Positions 28,818 to 42,319 of a stretch of DNA of 64,000 nt are shown here, one piece after another (within the stretch, counting starts at the first letter, position 1; the number at the start of each line of letters is the position of its first letter). The stretch is from Octopus vulgaris. Lineage: Eukaryota. The stretch spans positions 23,994,001-24,058,000 of the forward strand of contig OX597825.1 of assembly GCA_951406725.2 (NCBI GenBank), written 5' to 3'. The position numbers and the translations under genes are program-made. Under the pieces are notes generated by a model, which saw only the letters and a list, made by a program, of their open reading frames with translations, was not told the DNA's origin and did no database searches.

Positions 28818-29688
28818 CATTAAATGCATTTTAAGAAGCTCGCTGCTCGCTTTACAACCATGTGACTACAGATTCAGTTCCTGGACGCAACACCTTAGGC
28901 AAGTATATTCTACTATATCCGCAAATTGAAAAATGCTTTATGAGGGAATCTAGCAGACCTCTATCAGCCCCAAATCAGCATATATCTAGAATAGAATTTT
29001 TACCGCCAAATAACAAGAAGTTTAAAATCTCTTTATACTATTCAAATTGCTTATAGAGCAATGAATATCTAGGGGGAACCATAGACGTACAAGCATTATT
29101 CAAATCCTCTTGTGAAAATCAAAGTACAAGAGAAACAATTTTCTATGTTAACAAAGCCATGACATGCCTGACCGATACCCCCCACCTACCTTACAAATGA
29201 CAACAAGAAATACCCTAAATAACAACAAGAGGAAATGACCAGCCAAAGCATACCATCTTTTGGGAGAAAAAAGTTGACATACCCACTCACTAAGGGTGTA
29301 AACACTGGAGTGTACTTTTGACCTTTATAGTGTCAAAGCAAAATGATTAACTCCAATAATATCAAAAGCAAAAAAAATGCTGTTACACCTTGTGCCTACC
29401 TAAAAAGGGAGAAAGACTTACAGGCTAGTTTACAAAGTTCTACATGCATGAATGAATTTAAACAATAACATAACTCCAAATTTAATCTATGAAAAATTTT
29501 CCAAAATATCTGTCCATGACAACCAAGCATAAAAACCTAATTACCACCACACTTGAACCTACACACCCAAAGATAATTTTAGATCAACAGAGGCTACACA
29601 AAAGCAAGACTAACACTAATGCGTAGCAGTCCGGCGACAACTTAGATGACCGAAACTTCGAAGTCACTCTCAACAACATTCTTTCTCA

Positions 29689-30272
29689 CAGTGGGACTGA
29701 ACCCGGAACCACATGGTTCCGGGTTCAGTCCCACTGCGTGGCACCTTGGGCAAGTGCCTTCTACTGTAGCCTCGGACCAACGAAAGCCTTGTGAGTGGAT
29801 TTGGTAGACAGAAACTGAAAGAAGCCCGTCGTATATATATATATATACAAGGACAGACGAAGGGATTGAGTCGATTATATCGCCCCCAGTGCGAAACTGG
29901 TACTTTATTTATCGACCCGGAAGAATGAAAGGCAAAGTTGACCTCGGCGGAGTTTGAACTCAGAACGTAACGACAGACGAAATACCGCTAAGCATTTCGC
30001 CCGGCGCGGTATTTCGTCTGTCGTTACGTTCTGAGTTCAAATTCCGCCGAGGTCAACTTTGCCTTTCGTCCTTTTGGGGTCGATGCACTTACACACATAT
30101 AGGCGTAGGAGTGGCTGTGTGGTTGGTAGATTGCTTACAAACTACATGGTTCCGGGTTCAGTCCCACTGCGAGAAACCTTGAGCAACTGTCTTCTACTAT
30201 AGCCTCGGGCCGACCAAAGCTTTGTGAGTAGATTTAGTAGACGGAAACTGAACGAAGCCCGTCGTATATATG

Positions 30273-30305
<33 letters not shown>

Positions 30306-30520
30306 ATATATTTGTGTGTCTGTGTTTGTTCTCCCCCCACAACATTGCTTGATAACCGATGCTGGCGTGTTTACGTCCCCGTCAATTAGCGGTTCGGCAA
30401 AATAGTTCGATAGAATAAGTACTAGGCTTACAAAGAATAAATCCTGGGGTCGACTTGCTCGACTGAAGGCAGTGCGCCAGCATGGCCACAGTCAACTGAC
30501 TGAAACAAGTAAAAGAGTAT
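29689..30520. mobile_element. Composite of fold-back SINE A, fold-back SINE B and a full SINE A (about 30100-30520, +)
   Basis: Palindromes at 29689-29736 and about 29910-30085. Confidence 0.85.
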
Positions 30521-32587
30521 ATATAAATATGCTTTTATATGTAAGGGAGACGAGAAGGGAAAATCTTCATAGCAACACGTAGTAAAAGATAACGTCTTGC
30601 AAAAACTGAGTGGTACTTCTTTTTTAAATGGTTTGAACATCGATTAGCAATGTACTCTAATATCAAACTAGATAAAAGTTCAATATATTTTTGTTAGATA
30701 TGAATAGACACGGTTCATCATCAGGCGAGCCACTCAACTTAACATATCCCGGGTAACCTTTCATTGGGTGTGTCACTCAGAAAATAGCGTGGGCCGCAAA
30801 TTGCCCATGACTGCCTTAGATACTAAAACAATTTCGTTATTTTGAGATTCATAATGATATATATAACGCATGGAAAGATCGCTGAAGATTATTTTCCTTT
30901 TTGTTTGATACGAATTTGTAAAAAAAATCAGATATTTATTCGGATTTTCTTTTAATAATTCACCATTTCCTATTTCTATAATTATTCTATGATCAGGCTG
31001 AAATGAATTTGAGAGCAAGTAGCTAAAATATCTAATGAGATTTATTCCGCTATTTTTTTATGTTTTGAACAACAATGTCTCTAAGTCAATCAGCGATTAT
31101 AATGGAAAGATATAAATTTTTAAATACGATTGAATGCTTCACAATTCTAACATTTATGAAACGTTCCTGCTTTCTGACCTTTCTGAGTTTATTTCTAGTT
31201 GTTGGTACAAAAGAATATCTCAAAAAAATATTCTATATAAACAATATAAAATATACCAAACCAGTCAATAGTGATTGAGAGTCACGCTGTCTGACTGAAA
31301 GAATATAAATCTACCATAATTCGGTCTGAGGATTTCTATAAGGAAACAGTTTATGAATATCTCATAAAGACTTTATTTTCTTTCTATGAGATTGTTTCAC
31401 ATATTCTACATATATGGAGAATTCGTAGAAAATATATCCAAGCGATTATCTCCATTTCTATATGTGACATTCTGAAAATGACTATTACACGTTCACATTA
31501 GACAGCCTTGATAGTTTTTCTCATGGTTTTTAATTTGTTGTAATCATTTAACAATTCCTTATATTCTTCGAAAATTGAATCGTTTAGTCATTCCATAGCC
31601 TCTACATCTAATTTTTTGCTAACATCTTCCTCTCATTTGCTATGTTATTATCTGCTGCGTATCCCTAGGTATTATTTCCTATATATAACATCAGTGATAA
31701 ATGTACGTCTGAAGACTCAAGAAAAAGTAACTGCAGCAATGGTTGCTAGTTTAAAAATTATTCGAATATATAAATGTGCACACACACACACACACACACA
31801 CACAAGTAAGTCTGAATATACGGTCATAGCTATGTATATCTCTATACTGTCTCCCATACGAGCATATACAAAGATATGTGTGTGCATGTATGTATATGTG
31901 TATACGCGTGTGGAGAGAGAGAGCGAGGGAGCGAGAGAGAAAGATTGTGTGGTACAACGAGAGACAAGCAGACAGACCGACTGACAGGCTATCAGACAGA
32001 CACAGAAAGAAAGACACAGGGAAAGAAAATATCCCCTGTGTGAAGGAGGTTCGAGTTGGCACATACTTAAACTTACGTCTCCCTAACAAGCACTATAACC
32101 ATTGTTAAAAGCGAAAGGCTTTACACTAGAACACCGTTTCCCAATTTTGCTCTACCTTACTCTTAATACAAAAGAAACTGCATCAAAAGCTTAAAAGCCG
32201 ATCAGCAAACGTGTATTGTTTTTTTTTACCATGGGTTCTACAGATTCTTTCCAGATGACAAAACTACACGTTGTTCCATACAAGTAAAGATATATTATCC
32301 CATATCATTACAATCCTTCACAAAATCTCAGGGTATTGTTTACATCTATTTGTCGTGCTTCAATTTCTTATCTCAAATTGTTTTTCTTCGGTGTGTATGT
32401 TGTCTACTGCATATATTTGAATGGTAAGTGTAGTCTATGGCATTTTTATTTGGAATGTTGTGCGTCGCTTTGTTCTTTGCATTTGTTTGGTATTTGTATG
32501 AAAATGTCTTGAGGTGTGTCTCAAAAAATTATCTCATTAATGCTGCACTAACACTTATATATATATAGATATGTATATATAGATATA

Positions 32588-32625
<38 letters not shown>

Positions 32626-32713
32626 CATACATATATATATATACAATTATATATATATATATATATATTAATGTCTATACATATATATGTGCCTGTATAA
32701 ATTTATATATATG

Positions 32714-32758
<45 letters not shown>

Positions 32759-33022
32759 GTGTTTGTGTCTAGATTGATACATATGTATACATACATATAT
32801 ATATGTATATATATTCATGTCTATACATATGTATATAGATATATACATATGTATACTTATATATACATATATATATGTATATAAATGTATATATATGCAG
32901 ATATAGGTATATATATATATATATGCGGGTGGGGTGTAAATCCATATAGACACATATATCTATATCTATCTATCTCTCTCTCTATATATATATACATATA
33001 TCAATATATGTATACGTATGTG

Positions 33023-33059
<37 letters not shown>

Positions 33060-33069
33060 ATATACAAAC

Positions 33070-33103
<34 letters not shown>

Positions 33104-33320
33104 ATGTCTGTATACAGATATATATACATGTCTATGTGTGTATGTGTCTGTGTCTGTGTCTGTGTGTGCGTTTATGAAGACTGTATTTACATATAAAATT
33201 GTATTTTAGCTGCAAACTAAATTATTTTTGAAAGCTCTATCGTTTGATCTTAGGAATCGTAAGAATAATGAGGAAAGAAGAGAAAAATATCTGAACACCC
33301 ACACACATACGTGTGTGTAT

Positions 33321-33374
<54 letters not shown>

Positions 33375-33599
33375 ATGTGTATGTGTTCGTGTGTGTACAT
33401 ATATCTTCAGAGAAAAGTGCAGATAAATTAATGAGTGAGGAGAACTCTAACATATAGCGAAGATGTGAGTAATAAATGAATATATATATTTCGTATATAT
33501 ATTATGAACATAAAAATAAACGTTAATATTTAGAATGACAAAGCTACTTACAAGATTTACTTGAAAAATTCATAATATTCATATCGATGGAATATTCGG

Positions 33600-34030
33600 A
33601 GATGTGGCGTTGGTAGAATCGTTAGCACACCGTGCAACTACTTTTCCCCATTTTGTCCGTCGTTACGTCTCGAGTTCAAAATCCGACCGGATCGACTTTG
33701 CCTTTAATCCTTTCAGTATCGATAGAATAAGTACCAGTTGAATACTGGTGGTCGATTTAATCGACTTACATCCTCCCCCAAATTGTTGGACTGGTTCGAA
33801 AATTCGAAAACGATATTATTAGTACATTTAAGGCAACAAACTTGCAGATTCATTAGCCACCCGGGCAAAATGCTTAGCAGTATTTCATCTCCCTTTATAT
33901 TTCGTGTTGAAATTTAACCGAAGTCAGCTTTGCCTTTTATCCTTTCGGGGTCGATAAAATGACCATTGGGGTCTATAATAATTTACTTACCCAACTCTTA
34001 GAATTGCTGGAAATGAGCCAAAATTTAAAA
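33600..34030 (+). mobile_element. Two diverged SINE B copies
   Basis: GAGTTCAAAATCC...TTTGCCTTT..TCCTTTC core present twice. Confidence 0.7.
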
Positions 34031-34362
34031 TCAAAATTATTTCTCTCAGGCTGATTTTTCTTTTTTTTTTTTCTTTTTAGGAAGAGAACAGGTTTTCGTT
34101 TGACGACAGGGTGTGACGATCAAATGCATAACCTTTATCCTTTAAATTCCATACGTTATATTTCATACTTGTATGTTTCTTGCTTTTAGCCATCTTAAAT
34201 TACTTTCTGTCTTATATACAAATCCATTCCTTTTCTAGATGATATTTTACTGCATCGAAACTCTTTGAAGAGACAAAAATAACTATTTCTTTGTTCTTTG
34301 TTCTAGTTCAACTGTACTGAATATTCTACAACTCAGTATTGCATCAATATTAATAACGGTTA

Positions 34363-34805
34363 CGGCGGCGAGCTGGCAGAAACGTTAGCACGCCGGGCGA
34401 AATTCTTAGCGGTATTTCGTCTGCCGCTACGTTCTGAGTTCAAATTCCGCCGAGGTCAACTTTGTCTTTCATCCTTTCGGGGTCGATAATTTAAGTACCA
34501 GTTGCGCACTGGGGTCGATGTAATCGACTTAATACGTCTGTATGTCCTTGTTTGTCTCCTCTGTGTTTTGCTTCTTGTGGGTAGTAAAGAAATAGGTATT
34601 TCGTCTGCCGCTACGTTCTGAGTTCAAATTCCGCCGAGGTAGACTTTGCCTTTCATCATTTCAGGGTCGATAAAGTACCAGTTATACACTGGGGTCGATA
34701 TAATCGACTTATTCCCTTTGTCTGTCCTTGTTTGTCCCCTCTATGTTTAGTCCCTTGGGGGCAATAAAGAAATAAGAAACGTTATCAAGTCGGGCGAAGT
34801 GCTTA
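34363..34805 (+). mobile_element. Tandem SINE B long forms
   Basis: Junctions AAAGAAATAGG|TATTTCGTC (about 34596) and AAAGAAATA|AGAAACGTTA (about 34774). Confidence 0.88.
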
Positions 34806-36763
34806 AATATACATAGGAAACGTGCATAATAATCACTGGGAAGACAAAACAACAGCAATGAACAGTGGGTTGTATTATATGAATTCTTGCCGGTGAATTT
34901 TGGCGCCTTTCTTACATGTTGCTTTCGTGATATGAAAATATCTAAACAGACCGTCATCCAAAGAATTTCACTTTCACCGGGCAACATCTTCGTCTATTTT
35001 GTCTAAAATCACCATTTTGGTATTTATGTCAAAGTTTTATTATTCTCTCTCGCTTTTTCTTTCTTTCTCCTTCAAACATTGTTTCTGTGTTATGATAATG
35101 ATCTATCTTAATTTTTCTTCTTGTATTGACTCCCGTTTCTCTGTTCTGCTTCGCTTTTATTTTCTTCATAAGGTAACGCTGATTGTTCCTTTTAGGACGT
35201 CATTTTCTTCTTTCCTTGTCATATATTCTAATCAAATACTAATAGGTAAATATTGTACTTGAAATTAAAAAACTCTTTATTAAAATACTGAAAAACAATT
35301 CAACGTACAAAATGATCTGCAATACATTTCATAATTCACACATTTATAGTAAATTTATTTACAATGTTTAGGACTTGACCAGTCGTCGGAAAATATAGAC
35401 AGATAGGAAGAGAGGTCGAAAATGTCGAACCAGAAAACAAAAAATTACAATTTTAAAAAAGAAACAGATAAAGAGAGAGGCATAGAAGACAAGCGACAAA
35501 CCAATACTGACACGCAGCAAAAGTAAAGGGAGAAAGTGGTAAAGGAAAGAGAGGCACAATTGCAAGAGAACTTTACCATGATAGTTGTTAACTTTACACA
35601 GGATCTCCGAAGTACCACTGAATATTTTGCATTGGAACTTCATGAAATAATTTCATACCACGAAATATCCCATATGCTAACAAATTTTATCTGAAACATC
35701 CTTACCATAACTTATATTGATTTCTTATAAATGCTTGTCATTATAGCTATGAATAAGGCGTTTTTATACCGAAATAGCTGCATATGTTATTTGCCAGCAG
35801 CATATAAAATTTACTAAACAGATTTGATAATAATTATTAATTTCATTATGTTAATCGTAATTCTAATAATGCTCTCCCAGAGGAGATGCCAAATTTATCT
35901 TCCGGTCCGTTTAATTTGAATTAAAGAACATATATATGTTACATACAGTCACATTGTTTCCTTGAGACACTACTACTTATCCGCTTTCAGAGTTTACTAT
36001 CTGTATTTCACATTTCAAATCATGCAGGAAAAGATTCTCGTTTAGTTAAAATGCACATATGAATAATAACAAGATGGAAAAAGCACAATATTAACATACT
36101 GTCATTCATCTCTTCAAACCACAGTTTTAATTCACTTCTAATGAATACTTACAAACATCATTATCTATAGCTTGAGAGCACAAACATAAAATTAAATTTA
36201 CTTTTTTTCTTATATATAATTAACATACCATTATCAGTAACGCGAGATGTTCTCCTTCTGAATAATAGGATAAAAGCAACACTTATGTGTCAATAGTACA
36301 CTGTTATTATCAGAAAACATACTTTGAACACTACTTATATATAAAATTCTTATACTAAATTAAAGTTCCTTGTAATTCATATGGTTACTATTTGTATGTT
36401 TAATAATCTCTTGATATTAGAAAGCAACCTCTTGCTTTTCTTTTTTTTTTTTTACATCTTAGCAATATCTGTCAGGTTTATGTTTGATGATTCTTGTTTA
36501 ATATAGAAATATACAACCAGATTCTTAATCATAAACAATCTGATTATTGTTGGGTAAGGCTAACAGGATTCATATTAAATTTGTATCTGAATCCATGTTA
36601 AGACCCTTCCTACAATTCTCTTCAGCGAGAACACACTATTTCTCGACGGCTGGCTTTTATAATGCAATTCTGTCAATCACATTACAAATCAAAAAATATC
36701 AATATATATGTGTGTGTGTATGTGTATGCATACATATATATAACAAACGATGGATAGGTGTCC

Positions 36764-36828
36764 ATTCACTACAGCTGTTTCCAACGAATCTTTATATCAT
36801 TATAAAAAACTGTTTTCTTCAGATGAAT
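36764..36828 (-). ncRNA. Degenerate type-I hammerhead-ribozyme-like motif
   Basis: ATTCAT-CTGAAGA-[stem II]-GAAAC-AGCT-GTA-GTGAAT: 6-bp stem I with one G-U pair and palindromic stem III; the G10.1-C11.1 pair is lost. Confidence 0.5.
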
Positions 36829-36841
36829 ACATGAAACACAG

Positions 36842-36934
36842 TACTAGGAACATTTAAAAACATTTAAAATCCACGGCATGTTCATATTTTATGAACATGC
36901 CTTGGATTTTAAATGCTTTTAAATGTTCCTAGTA
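36842..36934. repeat. Inverted repeat (hairpin), arms about 44 bp
   Basis: TACTAGGAACATTTAAAAACATTTAAAATCCACGGCATGTTCAT-ATTTT-ATGAACATGCCTTGGATTTTAAATGCTTTTAAATGTTCCTAGTA. Confidence 0.92.
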
Positions 36935-37449
36935 GTCTTCCATAAAAAAATATTCCATAAACGGACTTGTGCCTCGCAGGGGAACTTTCTAGGTGCAATC
37001 CCATGGTCATTAATGACTGAAGGTTTTTTTTTACTCTTTTGAAGTTGACTTTAATCCAATAAACCTCACCAGGCTCTTTCTTTATTATCTTTTTCCTTCT
37101 TAGACACCATCATCACCAATCTTTTAGCCAACCTTTTAAATGATCTATTCGTTTAATCTGCTTCTTGACCTTTAAATTTATAGCTTCTTTACCAGCTGTT
37201 CATTCCATCTTCTACGCGCTACTCTTTGCTAAAACATTCCTCCCCATATAAATATAAATGTATATATATATATATATATATATATCTACAATGTAAATGT
37301 ATTTCTATTTCTATTTCTATGTCTTGTTATATTTGTACTATATTAATGTATAATATCATTGCTATTGTGTAATGGTTTAATAAAGTATTGATTGGGTATT
37401 ATCAGATGGTTGATGATTGATTTAGATATATTTCTCCATTTTCTCATTT

Positions 37450-37508
<59 letters not shown>

Positions 37509-37743
37509 ATAAATAAGGGTAATATCGATATTTAAATCTCGATATTATCAAGTGGCCAGCATGGGAAAAAATACCATACAAAGGTAATAATTTTTTACAA
37601 CTAAAAATAAGGGTGTCTGGGATATACCACCATGCCAAAATAGCAGTCAAAACCCTGACTCTAAAAACCACGTTAAATGTTCATATCGTACCATGAGATA
37701 AGACAGAGGGACAAAATAGACTAGCAAAAAATATTATTGAATA

Positions 37744-37802
37744 ATTCAAGATCCATGATTTCTAGCTTTGATTTAAATAACATTTGCCGTCATCGGTTGA
37801 AT
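37744..37802 (-). ncRNA. Type-I hammerhead-like motif in a (TA)n-flanked element (about 37504-37810)
   Basis: ATTCAA-CCGATGA-CGGC...GCTA-GAAA-TC-ATG-GA-TC-TTGAAT: perfect 6-bp stem I and AUC triplet. Confidence 0.5.
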
Positions 37803-37839
37803 ATATCAAAGTACATAAATACAGATATATATATATTTA

Positions 37840-38830
37840 CCGGTAGAAATACCCGGCGTTGCCCGGGTTTAAGAAAATAATAAAATTTAAAAACGCTTTC
37901 TAGATTACGTAAGTCTCAACTGCTAGTGGCACAGTGCAGGCGTCTCTCCAGGCCACGTCGTTACTTTACAATGTATGCACTCAGTTGTCATTGTCCCAAT
38001 GGAAACTCTTGTGTCATCTGCATAATGAACTGCTGGATCATAATTGAAAGCTGTTTCATGACTTTGCTTTTCTGAGCTGTTGTAACTGCTCTTCGGTCTG
38101 CAGTGAAGATCCTATACCTTGTCAGCCGTACATACCTCTGTTCATCACTTTGAGATGCTCTGGCTTTTGTAGTGCCCAGTCCGTTCGTTTCTTGGCGTGC
38201 TTCCCTTTCTGCAGCTGTCTCTCTTTTCCTGGACAGAGACATTTTTTTGGCTGACCTTGACATTGTAGACAAATTTGACACTTTCCTTCTAGGCATGGTT
38301 ATATACATGGGGGCAGAAGATAATAAACAATGAAAATAATTTGATAACGGAAATTATGTTTCTTTATACGACCGGCAGAATGTAAATAAGAAATTTTTTA
38401 CGGAAAATAAAGAACTGTACGGTTTGGAGCGAAATTTCTCACTCAATGAACCAAAGAGCCAGTATCGAAGTAACCAGAAAAAAAACCCATCAACAACAGA
38501 AAAACAGGATCTAGTTAAATTGAATTACAAAATTATCCCCCTTTAATTTTGCTCAAATTGCTTTCAATTTAGGTGTATCGATGCAACTCTGAATTTTTAT
38601 TACGATCAACCAATTACTTTATCTCGTAAATTAAAGAATCTGATGTTACTTGGAATTCAAGTTGGGAAAATTTGGGTAATTTTAGCCAATCAACAGACAG
38701 CGAGATATTAACAAGTTGTTACCATGACAACTGCACGTTGTGTTGTGTTTCACTTCACTCCCACGTTGTGTGGTGTTTATTCTTCACACCACGATATTTG
38801 CTTCACCCGCGGGTTTTGTTTTAATAAAAA
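37840..38830 (-). mobile_element. Internally deleted Helitron carrying the RepHel N-terminus
   Basis: 3' hairpin CCCGGGCAACGCCGGG (37852-37867, minus); ORF MPRRKVSNLS...RETAAEREARQETN; after a frameshift AFNYDPAVHYADDTRVSIGTMTTECIHCKVTTWPGETPALCH, matching the RepHel IGxMxxxCxxC...ETPxxCC motif. 5' boundary approximate. Confidence 0.8.
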
Positions 38831-39384
38831 TTTATATTTATCAATTTATTGTTGATACTTTGTTGTAAATACTTTTCGACAATTGTCTTAATATTTTACA
38901 TATTATACATGTATTTTTCATATATATTTTATATATATTTCGTGAAGGTTTGTTGTGTTTGCAGTTGTTGCAACGAATGCCTTTCAGTTCAAACCCAGGT
39001 CAGGCCGGAATAAGCCATTCTGTGTTTTAATTAAAAATGTAGGACAACATTATTTAATTTATCCTTCATTTTTAAATGTTGGAACACAGTATGAGAGAGA
39101 TTTGGCTGTTGTTTCTAGAGAATTGAACAACCACAGAGAGATTACCTTATTGACTCTTTTGCTGATAATTATAAGTAAACAAAAACTAAAGGAAATGGAT
39201 CTTCATCTGTTTCTAGGATGATCATTCCAGATGTATAAGCAACTGAACTCATTACACATTCAACTCGTACTTATTTTATCGACCCTGAAAGGATGAAAGG
39301 CAAAGGTAACATAGGTAGAATTTGAACTCAGAATGTAAAACAATGTGCACAGATCTTCGGAACAATTCAGAATGATCTGCTTAC

Positions 39385-39960
39385 GTTGAGCTATTTTACA
39401 TATTTTTTTTCCAATTGGAAAGAGCTGTCAGTATCTGTTCTTGTGTCTGACTTGTTTGAGCTAATCATTGTGTAACTGGGTGACAATGTTAAAGAATTTG
39501 GGGATTCATTGTACTTGTTCCAAGATTTTCGCAGACTCTTTCTATGTATACTGTTAGACACTTTAGTTGTTGGCATCCTTTTGTTTCGGGAGACAATGGA
39601 GTTGCGCATAAACTAATCCAGTCTGGTTTTTACATTTCATGTCCTCTCCAGTTTTGCGCAGGCCTGGGCTAGATGTAAGAAAATCCTGGGTAGCCCAATC
39701 GTCAGGATTCCTCTCTCAACCTTGCTGACGTAGTCCAAAGGAGTGCAGAGCATTACGTTTGGCACCAGCTTGGTTGCAGGAGCTGCCGAAAGAGTGTCGA
39801 ATAGAACACCAAACCGCCTACGGGGCTCCACTCCGGATTTCTTTGAAGGTTGTCTGTCTCCTTTCCGTAACCCTGGATAGGGGCCAATACCGGGTACTGT
39901 CAGCCAGAGCCAGCTGAGCCCGGACTCGTGTCAGACAGGGTCGTCACACCCTGAAGTAGT
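39385..39960 (-). mobile_element. Probable 5' UTR and ORF start of an RTE-like LINE
   Basis: GC-rich AAATCCGGAGTGGAGCCCC...GGCAGCTCCTGCAACCAAGCTGGTGCCAAACG resembles RTE 5' UTRs as I recall them; a leader ORF ends at a degenerate KIA-(T)-LNV endonuclease motif I. Confidence 0.4.
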
Positions 39961-40034
39961 GAAGAAAATAGCTACCTACTACCTAAGACACTTTAAAATA
40001 TGATGTATAGTTCCTTGCTCTGTTCCTACATTTT

Positions 40035-40340
40035 ATGACGATGAGGGTTCTAGTTGATCTGATCAACAGAACAGCCTGCTCATGAACTTAATGTGCAAGT
40101 GGCTGAGTACTCCACAGACACGCATACTCTTAAAGTAGTTCTCAGTGAGTTGCAGCGTGACACAAAAGATGCCAAAGCTGGCCCTTTAAATTACAGGTAC
40201 AACTCATTTTTGCTAGCTGAGTGAACTGGAGAAACGGGAAATAAAATGTCTTCCTCAAAGACACAGGGCGTCGCCGTAAATCGAACTTACGTCTTTACAT
40301 ACGCTAGCCGAATACACAAACCACTAATCCACGCGACTTC
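40035..40340 (-). mobile_element. SINE family D (CORE-like), diverged
   Basis: Minus-strand tRNA-like head, then GTGTCTTTGAGGAAGACATTTTATTTCCCGTTTCTCCAGTTCACTCAGCT (CORE-domain-like). Confidence 0.65.
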
Positions 40341-40674
40341 AGGAAATGAATAAATGAAAATGGAGCATTATGCTTATAATTACATATGCATATAGAAGAC
40401 GTGTATATAAGATATGTATATAAGGTATATTAAATATGCATCAATGAAACCAGAAATCATGTATGGAACACATGTAGACAATATCAACATCTAACTCACA
40501 TATGACTTCAATCTATACAAATGCATTTATACCAATGCTTTGTTGGTATCGTATTTATGCATAGTCATCAATCTTGGCTCTTTCACTTTTTTTATTCCTA
40601 TATAATGAGATACATACATACATATATGCATACATACATACATACATACATACATACATACATACATACATACA

Positions 40675-40705
<31 letters not shown>

Positions 40706-41647
40706 GTGTGTGTATGTACATACGTATGCATTTATATGAATACATGAATATACGTGTACACAGACACACACATATTCCTGTATATACATGCATATCTTTT
40801 TATAAATTCATATATATATATATATTTGTGCATGCATACCTATCCATGAATATATATACACATGCACATATAGTTCTGAGTACTACATGCATGTATGTAC
40901 ATATATGTATATGTATCATATTTACATATGTAACTTTATATATTTGTAAATATATGTATATATATATACATCTATACATATGTATCATTTATATATGTAA
41001 TGTATAGATGTTTTGTATATATATATATATATATGAATACACATATTTATACATTGATATTTATATGATACATATGTTTATATTACATACGTATGAGGTT
41101 TATAAATGTAATATATGATATTTATATGTGAGCATGTGTGTGTGTATTTGTAAATACACAATGGTATATTGCCCATGCTTTGTAACAGACACATACATGC
41201 ATACGTTTGTCCGTGTTTGTGTGTGTATGTTGGTGAGTATATGCGTACATGCAAACACTTATTAATTTATCTAGAAGATACTTCTGTCATACAATACGTA
41301 CCAGAATATTCCAACACACAACACTCACACACTCACGCATATACTCACACTTATATACTCAACAAATAAAGTAAGACATACCTATCGCACCACACGAGTA
41401 TCACAGTTACTAATGAACCTACGCACATCGATACAGGCACACAAGTTACGGTAACACCTATACACGCTTTAGAAGTACTTTCATTGCTATACGTGATACA
41501 GATATCCTTAATCAGATTTGTAGTAAATGTTCTGAGCACTATCAAACCAATTCAACGCATTAGAACCAGCCGAAATTCGCTTGTTGTTTACTCTGATCAG
41601 CTACTTCAAAACTAATATGATACGTGTATTCATGTTTGTGTGTATAG

Positions 41648-41733
<86 letters not shown>

Positions 41734-41789
41734 TAGTATATATATATATACACATATATAGACACAAATGCGCACGCACGTATATATAT

Positions 41790-41988
41790 GACCTCGTGTG
41801 TACCGTTGGCGATTTTTTTCCTCTGTCTTCCCTTCCCTGGATCTTTCCTTCTCCTATGTTTCCGACGAAGAGCTCCGCTCGAAACGTTAAACCCTCCTTC
41901 TTTCCTTCTTTCCAGAGCGTCCAATAATACTATATTTGTTCCACGTCCTCGCGTTGTTGTGTTTTTTTGTGCTTTCTTGTTTGGATTA

Positions 41989-41992
<4 letters not shown>
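41790..41992 (+). mobile_element. Family E-related element of about 200 bp between (TA)n tracts, with a hammerhead-like motif
   Basis: GTTT-CCGACGA-A-GAGC-TCC-GCTC-GAAAC-GTT-AAAC at 41858-41892. Confidence 0.7.
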
Positions 41993-42035
<43 letters not shown>

Positions 42036-42120
42036 GTTTAAATATTTGTTGTGCAAGATTTTTTATTGGCTAAACTGGCAAAATGACCGTTCCGAAATAT
42101 AACAATATATATATATATAT

Positions 42121-42319
42121 AGGAAGAATTCACAAAAAAGCAAAAGTCGAAAGCAGGTAGTGTAGAAAACAAACAGATGTATTAGTATAACGCTCGGGAA
42201 TTGAAAAAGTCTTTAACGTTTCGAGCCTACGCTCTTCCACGGAAAGGAACACACAAAGAAACAAAGAGAGAAACAAGTAGAGAAAAATGTGTGTAGTGGT
42301 TAGCGATCTATCATGGCGA
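42121..42319 (-). mobile_element. Family E element
   Basis: Copy of 18781-18985; motif CTTT-CCGTGGA-A-GAGCGTAGGCTC-GAAAC-GTT-AAAG at 42211-42246. Confidence 0.75.

Noticed and set aside
29380-29445. CLPKKGEKTYRLV resembling an LTR-retrotransposon RT start
   Set aside because: Too short, with no downstream RT motifs.
30785-30820. hAT-like terminus (minus strand CAGTCATGGGCAATTTGCGGCCC)
   Set aside because: No matching second end found.
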